A stretch of 64,000 bases of DNA from a virus (Duplodnaviria > Caudoviricetes): IMG/VR virus record IMGVR_UViG_3300023435_000009; one strand, 5' to 3'. Under the pieces are notes generated by a model. The model searched no databases, was not told the origin of the DNA, and saw only the letters and a program-made list of their open reading frames with translations. Below are positions 9,703-18,799 of the stretch, in pieces. Both the position numbers and the translations under genes were made by a program. The first letter of the stretch is position 1. Every line of letters begins with the position of its first letter.

Positions 9703-10500
9703 ATGGCACGTGCGTACATTGCTCTGGTTCGTGGAGACATTGACGACAACATGCTGCAGATCCTCGATCTCCAGCCCAACAGTTCCCAGCGGAACTCGGT
9801 CTACGACGGCGCAGGGCAGACCGGCTACATGGCGTGGACGCCCCAGCACGACGTCGTGGTCACCGCCGTCCCGGTAGCGAATACCCAGATGGTGGCGGAT
9901 TCCTATGGCCTGGCAGCCTACCTGGTGGACAACGTCGAGGACAACGACAACGCAAACATCATCCTCACGGATGCCCGTGCCAACGCAGTCGCTACAGGCA
10001 TCCTGAATGCTGTGGTTGCAGGGACGGCAGTCACTCTGGCAGCTATTGATGCTCTCATCGCAATTGCTACGGGTGGTGCTACGTCCGGTCTCGCCACGGC
10101 GGACTCTACCGGGACGGTAGAGGAAGTTCTCCGTATCCTCGGCGGCGAGGTTTACAAGGTGGCTGCGGCGGCGACCCTGTCAGGCGCTGCGGCAGCCTTT
10201 GTCGGTCCCGTACACGTTCCCGCTGGCGGGTTCGTAGTGCCCGTAACGGTCAATGGAATCGTGACGTACCCCTCCGACTGGCGGAACGTTCGCACGTTCA
10301 TGGACAACGGTTATTTGCACCTGTCCCGGCTTGCCGGAAATCTGTCACAGGTTGCAGCGGCGACCTACGTGTGGGACAACCCGGCGCTCACCTACGGGGC
10401 AGCGGGTACGGCCCTCTTTGTGGACGCCACCCAGATGCTTACCACGATTTCCAGGGCGCTAGTGGTGTACGACGCTACGGGTGCCGTGATCACCACTTAA
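9703..10500 (+). CDS. virion protein paralog 2 (core only)
   Basis: 265 aa; GGAGG RBS; 5' DNA nearly identical to the gene at 10513. Confidence 0.8.
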   Translation: MARAYIALVRGDIDDNMLQILDLQPNSSQRNSVYDGAGQTGYMAWTPQHDVVVTAVPVANTQMVADSYGLAAYLVDNVEDNDNANIILTDARANAVATGILNAVVAGTAVTLAAIDALIAIATGGATSGLATADSTGTVEEVLRILGGEVYKVAAAATLSGAAAAFVGPVHVPAGGFVVPVTVNGIVTYPSDWRNVRTFMDNGYLHLSRLAGNLSQVAAATYVWDNPALTYGAAGTALFVDATQMLTTISRALVVYDATGAVITT

Positions 10501-10512
10501 GGGAGGATTCCG

Positions 10513-11685
10513 ATGGCACGTGCGTACATTGCTCTGGCTCGGGGAGACATTGACGATAACATGTTGCAGATCCTCGATCTGCAACCCAACAGTTCCCTTC
10601 GTAACCCAATCTACGAGGGTGCAGGACAGACCGGCTACATGGCGTGGACGGCCCAGAACGAGACAATTGCCCACACGAACGTAGGTGGTTTTCTCCAAGC
10701 GACTGCCACCTACGTCGGCCTGGCAACCTACATCGGTGCAAGGGTCGATGACATCACGGGCGGTGGTAACAACTGCGTGGTGGCGCTGGAAGCCAACAGG
10801 GCAGCGCAGGCTATCCTTGCTCGGGTTCGTCAGGGTCAGGCTCTGACTCTGGCCGGGATCAATGCAGCAATCCAGTCCGTGCCCGGTTTGGCCACCTCCG
10901 GTATCGTCGGAACAGGTACATCAACCGCAACGGTGGCGGAAATCCTTCGCATCGTGGGCGGGGAAGTGTTCCAAATCGCTGCCGCCATCCCCTTCTCAGG
11001 TGCTGCTGGGATCTTCCTCGGCACGGCAGGAGCCTTCATTGTCCCCGTGGTGGTCAACGGAATCACAACGTATCCGGCAGCTTGGCGACACGTCCGCCCG
11101 TTCATCGACACCGGCTCGCTGCATCAGTCCCGCTTCACGGGTGCCCTGTCTCAGCTTGCCGCTGCGACCTATGTGTGGAACAACCCGGCACTCACCTATG
11201 CCCCGGCCAACACCGCTACGGGTACAGCGCTCGTCATCGCAGGTTTGGTAGCGGGTGACACCTTCACCCTCAAGGACATCCCCTTCACCTGTGTCAATGG
11301 TGTGCCCAACCCGGCGGTCCAGGAGTACCGGGACATCGCCGGATCAGGAAGTGCCGTGGCCTCGGCTACGACCCTGGCGGCAGCGATCAACGACCCCGCC
11401 ACCCAGGTGCTCATCGCAGCAGTCGCCCTGGCTGGGCCGACTTGTGCGGCAACAAATGTGGGTGGCACCTCCGCCACGGTGACCATCCTCGCTTCCGTCA
11501 TGGGCGCTCAGGGGCAGTTCACAATGCTTCAGACGGGTGCCCACCTCACCCTCTCCGGTGCTGCACTGGTTGCAGCCGCAGACGCCAGCGATCAGGGCTA
11601 CTGGGTAGACGCCACGCCCCTGACATCTACGACCAGCCTGGCGCTGACGGTGTACGATGCAACCGGAGCCGTGATCCTCAACTGA
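10513..11685 (+). CDS. virion protein paralog 3 (core plus one inserted repeat domain)
   Basis: 390 aa; GGAGG RBS; insert at about 11210-11580 resembles the repeats of 7366..9690. Confidence 0.8.
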   Translation: MARAYIALARGDIDDNMLQILDLQPNSSLRNPIYEGAGQTGYMAWTAQNETIAHTNVGGFLQATATYVGLATYIGARVDDITGGGNNCVVALEANRAAQAILARVRQGQALTLAGINAAIQSVPGLATSGIVGTGTSTATVAEILRIVGGEVFQIAAAIPFSGAAGIFLGTAGAFIVPVVVNGITTYPAAWRHVRPFIDTGSLHQSRFTGALSQLAAATYVWNNPALTYAPANTATGTALVIAGLVAGDTFTLKDIPFTCVNGVPNPAVQEYRDIAGSGSAVASATTLAAAINDPATQVLIAAVALAGPTCAATNVGGTSATVTILASVMGAQGQFTMLQTGAHLTLSGAALVAAADASDQGYWVDATPLTSTTSLALTVYDATGAVILN

Positions 11686-11689
11686 TCCC

Positions 11690-11725
11690 AGGCAGGGTGG
11701 TCCCGCTCACAGGACCACCCTGCCT
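11690..11725 (+). terminator. 14-bp perfect hairpin after the paralog operon (terminator or processing site)
   Basis: AGGCAGGGTGGTCC - 8-nt loop - GGACCACCCTGCCT; no U-tract. Confidence 0.5.
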
Positions 11726-11796
11726 CACCAATCCTCCGCCTATAAGCCCCCTCAGAGTAGTACCCTCCGTCAGTCGGAGTGGAAGGATGGAGCACT

Positions 11797-12045
11797 ATGA
11801 CAGACACGACACAGAACACGTACAGAACGTCGGATCTCTATTATGCCGCCTACCTCAAAGTAGCCGGTGTGCCCTTTGTGGAAACAGTGCGGGATAAAGT
11901 CCGGCTGTACTTCCACTTTGAGGTTACGGACGGGATGCGAGAGTTGAAGAATGCGTTCTACAACCGCACGGCGAAGGTTCCCGCTCTCAGTTATGCAGAC
12001 GAGATCCGAACGATGAAGGCCCTCACCCACTCCGAGGACGAGTGA
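11797..12045 (+). CDS. small DUF5659-like protein
   Basis: YRTSDLYYAAYL...YFHF...VPALSYADEIRTMK pattern; GGAG before ATG 11797. Confidence 0.6.
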   Translation: MTDTTQNTYRTSDLYYAAYLKVAGVPFVETVRDKVRLYFHFEVTDGMRELKNAFYNRTAKVPALSYADEIRTMKALTHSEDE

Positions 12046-12062
12046 CCACCTGAGGAAGAGCG

Positions 12063-12398
12063 ATGGCTGCATTACAGCACGCACTCCCACCTTGGCAGAT
12101 CCTACTGGCCATCTACGGGCTGGCCTATCTCCTCAGGCATAAGTGTATCTTCCTGATGGGACGGGCACGGTGGCTCGATTGGATGCTCGAATGCACCTTC
12201 TGTGTAGGAGGGCACGCCGGATGGCTTGTGTGGTTGCTTGCAGTGGCCATCAACGGGGGCTGGCCCCTGACTACTTGGTGGGGAAATAGCTGTTCCTTTG
12301 TGCTCTGGGTTTTCATCGGCGCAGGATGGGTCTGCATAGTCGATCCGGTGGTAAGGTGCTTTGACAGTAGGAGCGAGGAAGGCACCGATGGATATTGA
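12063..12398 (+). CDS. membrane protein, DUF1360-like
   Basis: Hydrophobic segments around the MLECTFCVG CxxC motif. Confidence 0.6.
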   Translation: MAALQHALPPWQILLAIYGLAYLLRHKCIFLMGRARWLDWMLECTFCVGGHAGWLVWLLAVAINGGWPLTTWWGNSCSFVLWVFIGAGWVCIVDPVVRCFDSRSEEGTDGY

Positions 12399-12657
12399 GT
12401 ACAACGGGGACAGTTGCAACATCGTCGTCCCCACGAAGCAGAAGGTCGGCACCTTCGTGAATGCCTTTAGAGTACTCCCCGACGTGGGGGACGAAGTGCT
12501 CCTGGATTTCTGCATTTACTCACAGCAGGAGCAGGAAGCAAACGTCGTTGCCCGACTCCGTGTCCATCGAGAGTTCCTCGTCCAGATCCGTGACCGCCTG
12601 AACCTGACCATGCAGGAGATCCCCGTCGAAACCGTAAGCAATGAGTTGGTACATTAG
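12388..12657 (+). CDS. hypothetical protein
   Basis: ATG 12388 after GAGGAAGG; overlaps the previous stop. Confidence 0.65.
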   Translation: MDIEYNGDSCNIVVPTKQKVGTFVNAFRVLPDVGDEVLLDFCIYSQQEQEANVVARLRVHREFLVQIRDRLNLTMQEIPVETVSNELVH

Positions 12658-12668
12658 GGGAGGCGGAC

Positions 12669-13559
12669 ATGGCTTTCAGTCCAGGACAGAATATCGGGCG
12701 TGGGGATTTGGATATCTTCCTTGTGGACGCCCATGGCAACCCCACCCAGGCAGCGGAGATCTACTACGCCCTGTTCTATGTCGATCCAGGACCACCTGAG
12801 GTTGAGGTACTGATCGGATCCGCCCAGCGGACACCCGTGAACCCACAGATCGGTGAGTACTACGCAGCCCTCCAGATTCCCGGCCTCGCCACCCTGGGGA
12901 ACTACCGTATCCGATGGTACTTCCGAGAGTACGTGTCCCAGGCGCTCACCGAAGTCGTGCAGCAGTTCGAGGTCGTGGAACCCGCTGCAATAGGTGTCGT
13001 ACACTACTCGGCAGACCAATGGTCGATGATCAATAAGCTCCGATTATTACTCCGAGATCAGAATCCTGATAAATTTTATAAATTCCGTCCTCCGGAACAC
13101 GAAGGGGCAATCGGAAAGTATAACAGGGTCTTCGGACAGATCTGGGAGGACGCTGAACTGCTGGAGTACCTCGAACGGTCCCTGGACTGGTTCAACATGT
13201 TCCCACCACTCAGCCAAGGGATCAGCACCATCGATATGTTGGTCAACGCAATGCCCGCCTGGAGAACCGCTATCCTGTGGGGAGCTATCACCCACGCCTG
13301 TTTCGCTATGGCGATGAATTGGGTGGCCGACGAGTTCGATTATAGCATAGGTGGGGTTAGCCTTACCATTGAGAAGTCCTCGAAATATGAGAGCTTGAAA
13401 CAGAACTCTGAAACCATGTTTGATAAGGCCACCGAGTCCAAACAACGGACGGTCAAGTTCATCCGTGGTTTGCAGCAGCCACGATTCGGAATGGGCGTTC
13501 GCTCATCTTTCGGACCTTTTGTAGGTCGAGGGGTCCTGAGCCCGAGATCTTTCGTCTAA
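12669..13559 (+). CDS. putative neck / head-tail adaptor protein
   Basis: 296 aa; helical C-terminal half (KLRLLLRD...WEDAELLEYL...DYSIGGVSL) resembles adaptor proteins; position supports the call; function is inference. Confidence 0.5.
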   Translation: MAFSPGQNIGRGDLDIFLVDAHGNPTQAAEIYYALFYVDPGPPEVEVLIGSAQRTPVNPQIGEYYAALQIPGLATLGNYRIRWYFREYVSQALTEVVQQFEVVEPAAIGVVHYSADQWSMINKLRLLLRDQNPDKFYKFRPPEHEGAIGKYNRVFGQIWEDAELLEYLERSLDWFNMFPPLSQGISTIDMLVNAMPAWRTAILWGAITHACFAMAMNWVADEFDYSIGGVSLTIEKSSKYESLKQNSETMFDKATESKQRTVKFIRGLQQPRFGMGVRSSFGPFVGRGVLSPRSFV

Positions 13560-13585
13560 TTTTTTCAAAGGGTTACACCTATTCC

Positions 13586-13615
13586 TTGACAATGCTAGTT
13601 AAGTATCGGCATACT
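13586..13615 (+). promoter_or_regulatory. sigma70-like promoter of the endonuclease gene
   Basis: TTGACA (13586-91) - N18 - CATACT (13610-15). Confidence 0.5.
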
Positions 13616-13643
13616 ACCCGAGGCGCAACCCTCGGAGGCTCCA

Positions 13644-15017
13644 ATGTCCAACAAAGTGAAATGTCCTGCATGCGGAAAAGAGATCGCTGTTAAGGGTGTC
13701 CCTGGGCACACGAACGGCTGTCCCAAGTGGAATGGTTTTTCCAAGCTCCCTCCTTCTGAGTTTGACTTCGACCGCTACTACCGCCGGAAGCTGTGGGCTG
13801 ACGGGATGGTAGAGGGAGAGGACTATGTGTCCTGCTTCCTGTGTGGGGGGGACCACCGGGCGAGGAGGCTGGCGGATCATCTGAAGGTGAAACATCAAAT
13901 GACCACGGAGGCGTACCGGGAGGTCTTTGATGGTGTCCTTGTGGTTGCCAAGGGGAGTCTCCGGCAGCGGGCGGCTACGGTACGGGAACGGTACGGAGTG
14001 GACAACGTGGCTCAGGCTGTGGAGATCCGGCAGAAGCTGGTTGAAAACAGCCGGGCTGCAGATCCAGACGTGGTAGCCAAACGGAAGGCAACCAACGTGG
14101 CCCGCTATGGGCACGAGAACCCGTTTGGAGGGGAGGGTGGTAGTGAACGGGCACGTCGGGGGATGAAGGCCAAGTACGGGGCCGAGAACCCCCAGCAAGT
14201 GCCTGAGATCCGGGAAAGGACTATCAAAACGACGGAGGAGAGGCACGGTGCCCCCTCGACGTTTGAGACTGAGGGGTACAGGGAGCGGTTCCGAAAGATC
14301 AGCCAGGAGCGGTTCGGGGCGGACCACCCAATGCAGTCCGAAGAGGGGAAGAGGCGTTGTTTCCGCACCATTCAGGCTCACCATGGGGTGGATACTGTGT
14401 TTGCTCTGCCGGAAGTCCAGGCCCGTGCCTACGCCTCCAACCTTGCCAACCACGGGGGCCGTCACTCTCAGCAGTGCCCCGAGGTGTTGGCCAAGGCACG
14501 GGAAACCTGGATGGAGAAGTACGGGGTAGATAACCCGTCCAAGTGCGAGGAGATCAAGGCCCGGATCAAGGAAGTCTGGATGGGGAAGTACGGGGTGCCT
14601 TTCCCGCCTCAGAGCATGTGGTTTAACCGTGAGCAGAGTTGTCCCAACAAGCTGGAGCAGGCTGTTCAGAAGATGCTCCCTGCCTATGTTGTGTTTGCAG
14701 GGGATGGGTCCTACTGGGTGCGTTGTGCTGGGGCGTCACGGGCAAGGAACCCAGACTTCGTGGTGTTGACCCATGACCAGCTTGAGGCGTACAAGGCGGG
14801 TGCAGCTCTGAATGGTCTCAGGACGTGGCGCATCATCGAGGCGTTTGGTGATTATTGGCATGGACCCCTAAAGACGGGAGTAGACCGACAGACGCATAAA
14901 CTAGATGTTATTGATTATTACACGAAGGCCGGGATCCAGTGCCTCATCCTGTGGGAATCTGAAATCAAAAAGCATCCTCGTCAGACGGCGGAGCGGTTGA
15001 GATCCTTCCTGGGATGA
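13644..15017 (+). CDS. free-standing homing-endonuclease-like protein (Zn fingers, KYGVDNP repeats, Vsr/PD-(D/E)xK-like C-terminus)
   Basis: CPACG and CFLCG...HLKVKH fingers; repeated RYGVDN/KYGAENP/KYGVDNPS; RNPDF...IEAFGDYWHG...ILWESEI. Confidence 0.75.
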   Translation: MSNKVKCPACGKEIAVKGVPGHTNGCPKWNGFSKLPPSEFDFDRYYRRKLWADGMVEGEDYVSCFLCGGDHRARRLADHLKVKHQMTTEAYREVFDGVLVVAKGSLRQRAATVRERYGVDNVAQAVEIRQKLVENSRAADPDVVAKRKATNVARYGHENPFGGEGGSERARRGMKAKYGAENPQQVPEIRERTIKTTEERHGAPSTFETEGYRERFRKISQERFGADHPMQSEEGKRRCFRTIQAHHGVDTVFALPEVQARAYASNLANHGGRHSQQCPEVLAKARETWMEKYGVDNPSKCEEIKARIKEVWMGKYGVPFPPQSMWFNREQSCPNKLEQAVQKMLPAYVVFAGDGSYWVRCAGASRARNPDFVVLTHDQLEAYKAGAALNGLRTWRIIEAFGDYWHGPLKTGVDRQTHKLDVIDYYTKAGIQCLILWESEIKKHPRQTAERLRSFLG

Positions 15018-15041
15018 TCATCAGGGCTGCGGTTGGAGTAG
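15016..15041 (+). promoter_or_regulatory. GATCATC-N13-GAGTAG motif, copy 1
   Basis: Same spacing as three other intergenic copies; upstream of gene 15085. Confidence 0.65.
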
Positions 15042-15084
15042 ACCAGGTGAATGTACTGGGACGTTTGCCCTTGGAGGTACCAAC

Positions 15085-15318
15085 ATGGGACTTTTTATCT
15101 TTTGGATTGTGATGATGTTTCTGGGTGCCTGGATAGGGAGCGGTAAGAACCGGAGCGGTGAGGGGTTTGCATGGGCCTTTTTCTTCGGGCCTCTGGGAGT
15201 TCTTATTATTGCCCTGCGGTCTGAGCACTTCGACTATGTGTGCCCTATGTGTAAACTTGGCATCCGTCAGGGCGCTACCATATGTCCTCATTGCCGTAGT
15301 GGTCCAGGCAAGGAATAG
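15085..15318 (+). CDS. small membrane protein with C-terminal double-CxxC zinc ribbon
   Basis: Two hydrophobic helices, then CPMC...CPHC; GGAGGT RBS. Confidence 0.7.
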   Translation: MGLFIFWIVMMFLGAWIGSGKNRSGEGFAWAFFFGPLGVLIIALRSEHFDYVCPMCKLGIRQGATICPHCRSGPGKE

Positions 15319-15365
15319 GTGTTAAGGGGCCGGGGTCGTTGAGAAGCGTTGTGCTGGAGTAGACC

Positions 15366-15983
15366 ATGGTACGGAGGCACCCGATGAGTGATCCTATTCT
15401 GTTGTCTGTCCACGGGGAGCGGGGTCCGGTCAAGGACGACTCTTTGGTGTTCACCTTTGAGATACGTCGGGACTCCTACGAGCCCTTCTCGTATGTCTTC
15501 ACGGCTGAGGAGAAGCTGCTCCAGAAGAGGGTCAAGAGCCTCGTCTGGAGGCTGGCAGGCCACGTTATAGAGGTTTGCGACGAGAAGTCACTGGACCTGA
15601 TGCATCCTGGGGATGATGGTGTTGTGGAGCGTGTAGGTAGCGTCGGCACCCAGGTGATGCTGATCTTCTCAGATGCCTCCGAGAGGTTTCAGGCCCTCAA
15701 TGAGGTACTGAACGAAGCTGTTCGTCGTTTGTGGGTGGCTACGGTGGGGTGTGTCTCAGTCTCCGTTTTTGGAGTCACCCCTCAGGTTGCTGCCTTCTGT
15801 CACGGAAACCTTCATGCCACTCTGGAGGAGTCGGGGGAGTACGCCCTGACGGGAGCCTGGGGTCAGCAGTACCTGAAGAACATCGCAGGGGATCATCCTA
15901 GCCAACCTCTGAGTAGATCGTGTAACTGCCCCATGGTGGGTTGCCAACAGCTTCATTTTTCAGGGACATTCCGCCTCCTTTAG
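15366..15983 (+). CDS. hypothetical protein
   Basis: 205-aa ORF; GGAG before 15366 and GGAGG before alternative ATG 15384. Confidence 0.7.
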   Translation: MVRRHPMSDPILLSVHGERGPVKDDSLVFTFEIRRDSYEPFSYVFTAEEKLLQKRVKSLVWRLAGHVIEVCDEKSLDLMHPGDDGVVERVGSVGTQVMLIFSDASERFQALNEVLNEAVRRLWVATVGCVSVSVFGVTPQVAAFCHGNLHATLEESGEYALTGAWGQQYLKNIAGDHPSQPLSRSCNCPMVGCQQLHFSGTFRLL

Positions 15984-16012
15984 GTTCAATTGAGCCCCTC
16001 TTCTTTTTCCGG

Positions 16013-16041
16013 TTGACACAGTCTTTCCTTTTTTGTATAAT
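16013..16041 (+). promoter_or_regulatory. consensus sigma70 promoter, probably producing a leaderless tnpB mRNA
   Basis: TTGACA (16013-18) - N17 - TATAAT (16036-41); ATG 6 nt downstream with no RBS. Confidence 0.8.
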
Positions 16042-16047
16042 CCAATC

Positions 16048-17280
16048 ATGAAGGTGATTCGCTCCACCAAGTGTACTCTTAAGTTCTCCACAGCAGCTAA
16101 ATTGGCTACCCTGGAGATGGTCCTTGCAGAGTATGGGCAGGTTACCAACTTTTTCATCCAGTACTTATGGGTTCTCCCCAAGGTACCTTCCAAGAGCGCA
16201 CTGCTCAAACCCATCGTAGACCTTCCCAAAACGTGGCTCAGTGCCCGCTTACGTAAAGTAGCCGCTAGGGAAGCTATTTCGATGATTGTTGCCGCAAAGC
16301 GACGATGGAAGGACAAGGCCGTACAACCAACGCATAACGGTAAGTCGATGTACGTTTCATCGACGATTGCTGAGTTGCACGAAGCGCAGGACGCCACGGA
16401 ATTCGATTACTGGCTTAAGTTGTGGTCTATTGGTAGAGGGATTATCTTCCATCTCCCAATCCGACTCCACCAGCATTACCATAAGTTGGCTGCCCGAGGC
16501 AAGCGTCTCAACAGCTATGTTATTACCGCTGAGTCCGTTACCTTTGCTTTTGAAACAGACACTGGCCTTAAACGAACAGAAGGTCATCCACTTGGTGTTG
16601 ATACAGGAATTAAAGCGCTTGCGACCACGTCGGATGGTTTGCAGCTTGGTACCGATATCCAACCAATGATCGAGCGGATTAATCGTTGCAAGCATGGGTC
16701 GAAGGGACAGAAGACTGCCCGCAGGGCCTTGAAACAACGGATGGATGAGGTTGCCAGGGATCTTTTAGAAATTCCTGACATTAAGATAATAGTGGTTGAG
16801 AACCTTCGGGGTCTCAATCACAAGAGTCGTGTCAAACGTCGCTTGACCAAAAATATGCGGCGATCTCTTGGTTCGTGGGCTTATCGTTATTGGTTGGGTC
16901 GGGTTCAGGGTCGTTGCGAGGACAACCGTGTTGTCTTCAAAGCGGTGAACCCAGCGTATACTTCTCAACGATGTCCTGAATGTGGTTACACCGAGAGGGG
17001 GAATCGAAACGGAGAGGTGTTCAAGTGTCGGAAGTGTGGTCACACCGACAACGCAGATGTTAATGCTGCCAGGAACATTTTGACTCGATTTCGCTGGGGA
17101 CCTTACGGTGCCCCATTCAAACCTAGCGTCAAAGTCATGAAAGGGACGGTTGTCCCCGATAGTTTTGTGTTAGGAACGGTACAGTCCCCACATGGCAGGA
17201 TTCGTCTACATTGTTCAGGCCGAGGACACCTATCGTTTCAAGGTGGGTCAAACGGTGAATCTTCCTCAGCGGATGCGTAA
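16048..17280 (+). CDS. tnpB: IS200/IS605-family TnpB RNA-guided nuclease, no adjacent transposase
   Basis: LGVDTG, IVVENL, YTSQRCPECG...CRKCG...NADVNAARNI; catalytic D/E/D and zinc finger all present. Confidence 0.9.
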   Translation: MKVIRSTKCTLKFSTAAKLATLEMVLAEYGQVTNFFIQYLWVLPKVPSKSALLKPIVDLPKTWLSARLRKVAAREAISMIVAAKRRWKDKAVQPTHNGKSMYVSSTIAELHEAQDATEFDYWLKLWSIGRGIIFHLPIRLHQHYHKLAARGKRLNSYVITAESVTFAFETDTGLKRTEGHPLGVDTGIKALATTSDGLQLGTDIQPMIERINRCKHGSKGQKTARRALKQRMDEVARDLLEIPDIKIIVVENLRGLNHKSRVKRRLTKNMRRSLGSWAYRYWLGRVQGRCEDNRVVFKAVNPAYTSQRCPECGYTERGNRNGEVFKCRKCGHTDNADVNAARNILTRFRWGPYGAPFKPSVKVMKGTVVPDSFVLGTVQSPHGRIRLHCSGRGHLSFQGGSNGESSSADA

Positions 17281-17815
17281 CCTTCAATTGGGGTCACCTG
17301 TTCCTCTTCATCTGGTGGGTTGGTTCCGTGTGGACAACCCTCAGCGGGAGGAGGCGGAGTGGCACCATCGTCTGGGTATCAATAGGCGGCATGGGGAGTG
17401 GTTCGATCTGTCCTTGGAGAACCTCACCAAGATCCTGGGGGTTTGTGATTACTTTGGGAGGACGGTGCCTCCTGAAGGCCCTCATATCTTCGACGGGGAT
17501 CGGCCCTACTATGTGTCCTGGGGTGAGGGGTTCATCTTCCCTGTGACCGTGGATGATCGTGATGGGGAGGATCCAGCCCTCGTGTACTTCACACCACGGA
17601 TGAACCACAACGGGCTGGTCGAACACGCATGGCCACCGGGTTGGGTTGCGGACCCTTGCACTTTGCCCGAGGCCGTTTACGAGTGGCAGATCAGTGCTGA
17701 TCCCCGAGGTGCTCTGCTTCACCATGGGATTGACTCAGATAACACGGAAGCTGATCACTTCCACGTCCTGTGTTACCAAGCGATGCGGGACGCCAGGGCA
17801 GTCAGGGGGATTTAA
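17192..17815 (+). CDS. GIY-YIG (T5orf172/MUG113-like) domain protein
   Basis: FVYIVQ...FKVGQT...RMRNLQLGSP...E..WH..L...RRHGEWFDL. Confidence 0.8.
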   Translation: MAGFVYIVQAEDTYRFKVGQTVNLPQRMRNLQLGSPVPLHLVGWFRVDNPQREEAEWHHRLGINRRHGEWFDLSLENLTKILGVCDYFGRTVPPEGPHIFDGDRPYYVSWGEGFIFPVTVDDRDGEDPALVYFTPRMNHNGLVEHAWPPGWVADPCTLPEAVYEWQISADPRGALLHHGIDSDNTEADHFHVLCYQAMRDARAVRGI

Positions 17816-18411
17816 TGAAGCCTAGCTTGTGGTCAGATGAGGGTCTACAGGGGATCCTGGATGTTTTGGGTGGACCGGAGTCGGTGGCTGATCAGGTAGG
17901 ACCGGCGGATGACTCAGTGGAGACCCTTGTTGTCCCTGCCGAACCCTCCTGGTCCTGCCTCCAGGCGGCAGCTTTTCTGAATGCCAACATCCAGAAGGGC
18001 ACGCATTGTCCAGCGTGCCGTCAGAATGTGAAACTTTACAAACGGTCTTTGAATGCCAACATGGTGCGCTTTCTGTTGGACCTGATTCGTTTGGCTGCCC
18101 AGAGAGGTGTGCCGTGGGTCCATCACCGAGATTGCACATATACGGGACGGGACTATTCCTACCTTGCTTCTTGGGGGTTGGCGGTCACTCAGGCGGAGGT
18201 TGAGGGGGGCACTAAGCGGACCTCCGGGATGTGGCGGGCAACGGCTAAGGGTGTGGCTTTTGCAGAGGGAAAAATCAAATGTCCTGCTCATGCTCTCATG
18301 TACAATAGGCGGGTGTTCGAGTACCAGGGTGACCCCGTATCCATCACGGACGCTCTGGGTACGAGGTTCGATTACAGCAAACTGATGCAACCTGCATCGT
18401 TGGACAAGTAA
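17815..18411 (+). CDS. hypothetical protein with CPAC motif (possibly DNA-binding)
   Basis: TAATG coupling with the previous gene; about 198 aa. Confidence 0.7.
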   Translation: MKPSLWSDEGLQGILDVLGGPESVADQVGPADDSVETLVVPAEPSWSCLQAAAFLNANIQKGTHCPACRQNVKLYKRSLNANMVRFLLDLIRLAAQRGVPWVHHRDCTYTGRDYSYLASWGLAVTQAEVEGGTKRTSGMWRATAKGVAFAEGKIKCPAHALMYNRRVFEYQGDPVSITDALGTRFDYSKLMQPASLDK

Positions 18412-18429
18412 CCCTCTTCAGTCTATAAT
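18401..18429 (+). promoter_or_regulatory. sigma70-like promoter
   Basis: TGGACA (18401-06) - N17 - TATAAT (18424-29). Confidence 0.55.
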
Positions 18430-18465
18430 CCTCAGTGCCCACATACTACGGGCGGTGAGGTTGCG

Positions 18466-18792
18466 ATGAACACCCGAAACCAAGTTCAGAAGTTGCTTGA
18501 GGGATGCCCTGACTTCCCGACCCTCCAGGATGTGGCTGCTGAGACCGAGCCTGAGGTGTTCCTCCCCAGGACGGATGCCGAGGATGCCTGCAGGGCGGTT
18601 CTGCCCGGTGATAGCTTGGAGGGGCACGTCTTTGAGGACACCCTGGAGCCGAACCCCTACCTGGGAGTCCCAGCTTCTGATCTGCGAGGGATGCTTGAGT
18701 GGATGGAGGGTGACGAGCGGCGTGAGGTTGAGCGTGCCCTGGTACTTAAGCAGTTGCAGCACTCTGACGGGAAGATGCCGATGAAGCGCTGA
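18466..18792 (+). CDS. hypothetical protein
   Basis: 108 aa; GAGGT RBS. Confidence 0.65.
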   Translation: MNTRNQVQKLLEGCPDFPTLQDVAAETEPEVFLPRTDAEDACRAVLPGDSLEGHVFEDTLEPNPYLGVPASDLRGMLEWMEGDERREVERALVLKQLQHSDGKMPMKR

Positions 18793-18799
18793 CCCCTAG

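Noticed and set aside
7366-11685. Diversity-generating retroelement template/variable repeats
   Set aside because: No reverse transcriptase is present in the window, and mismatches between the near-identical blocks are not adenine-specific.
15340-15365. Another promoter copy before gene 15366 (TGGAGTAGACC)
   Set aside because: The GATCATC half is missing at the N13 position, and the GGAG is adequately explained as the RBS.
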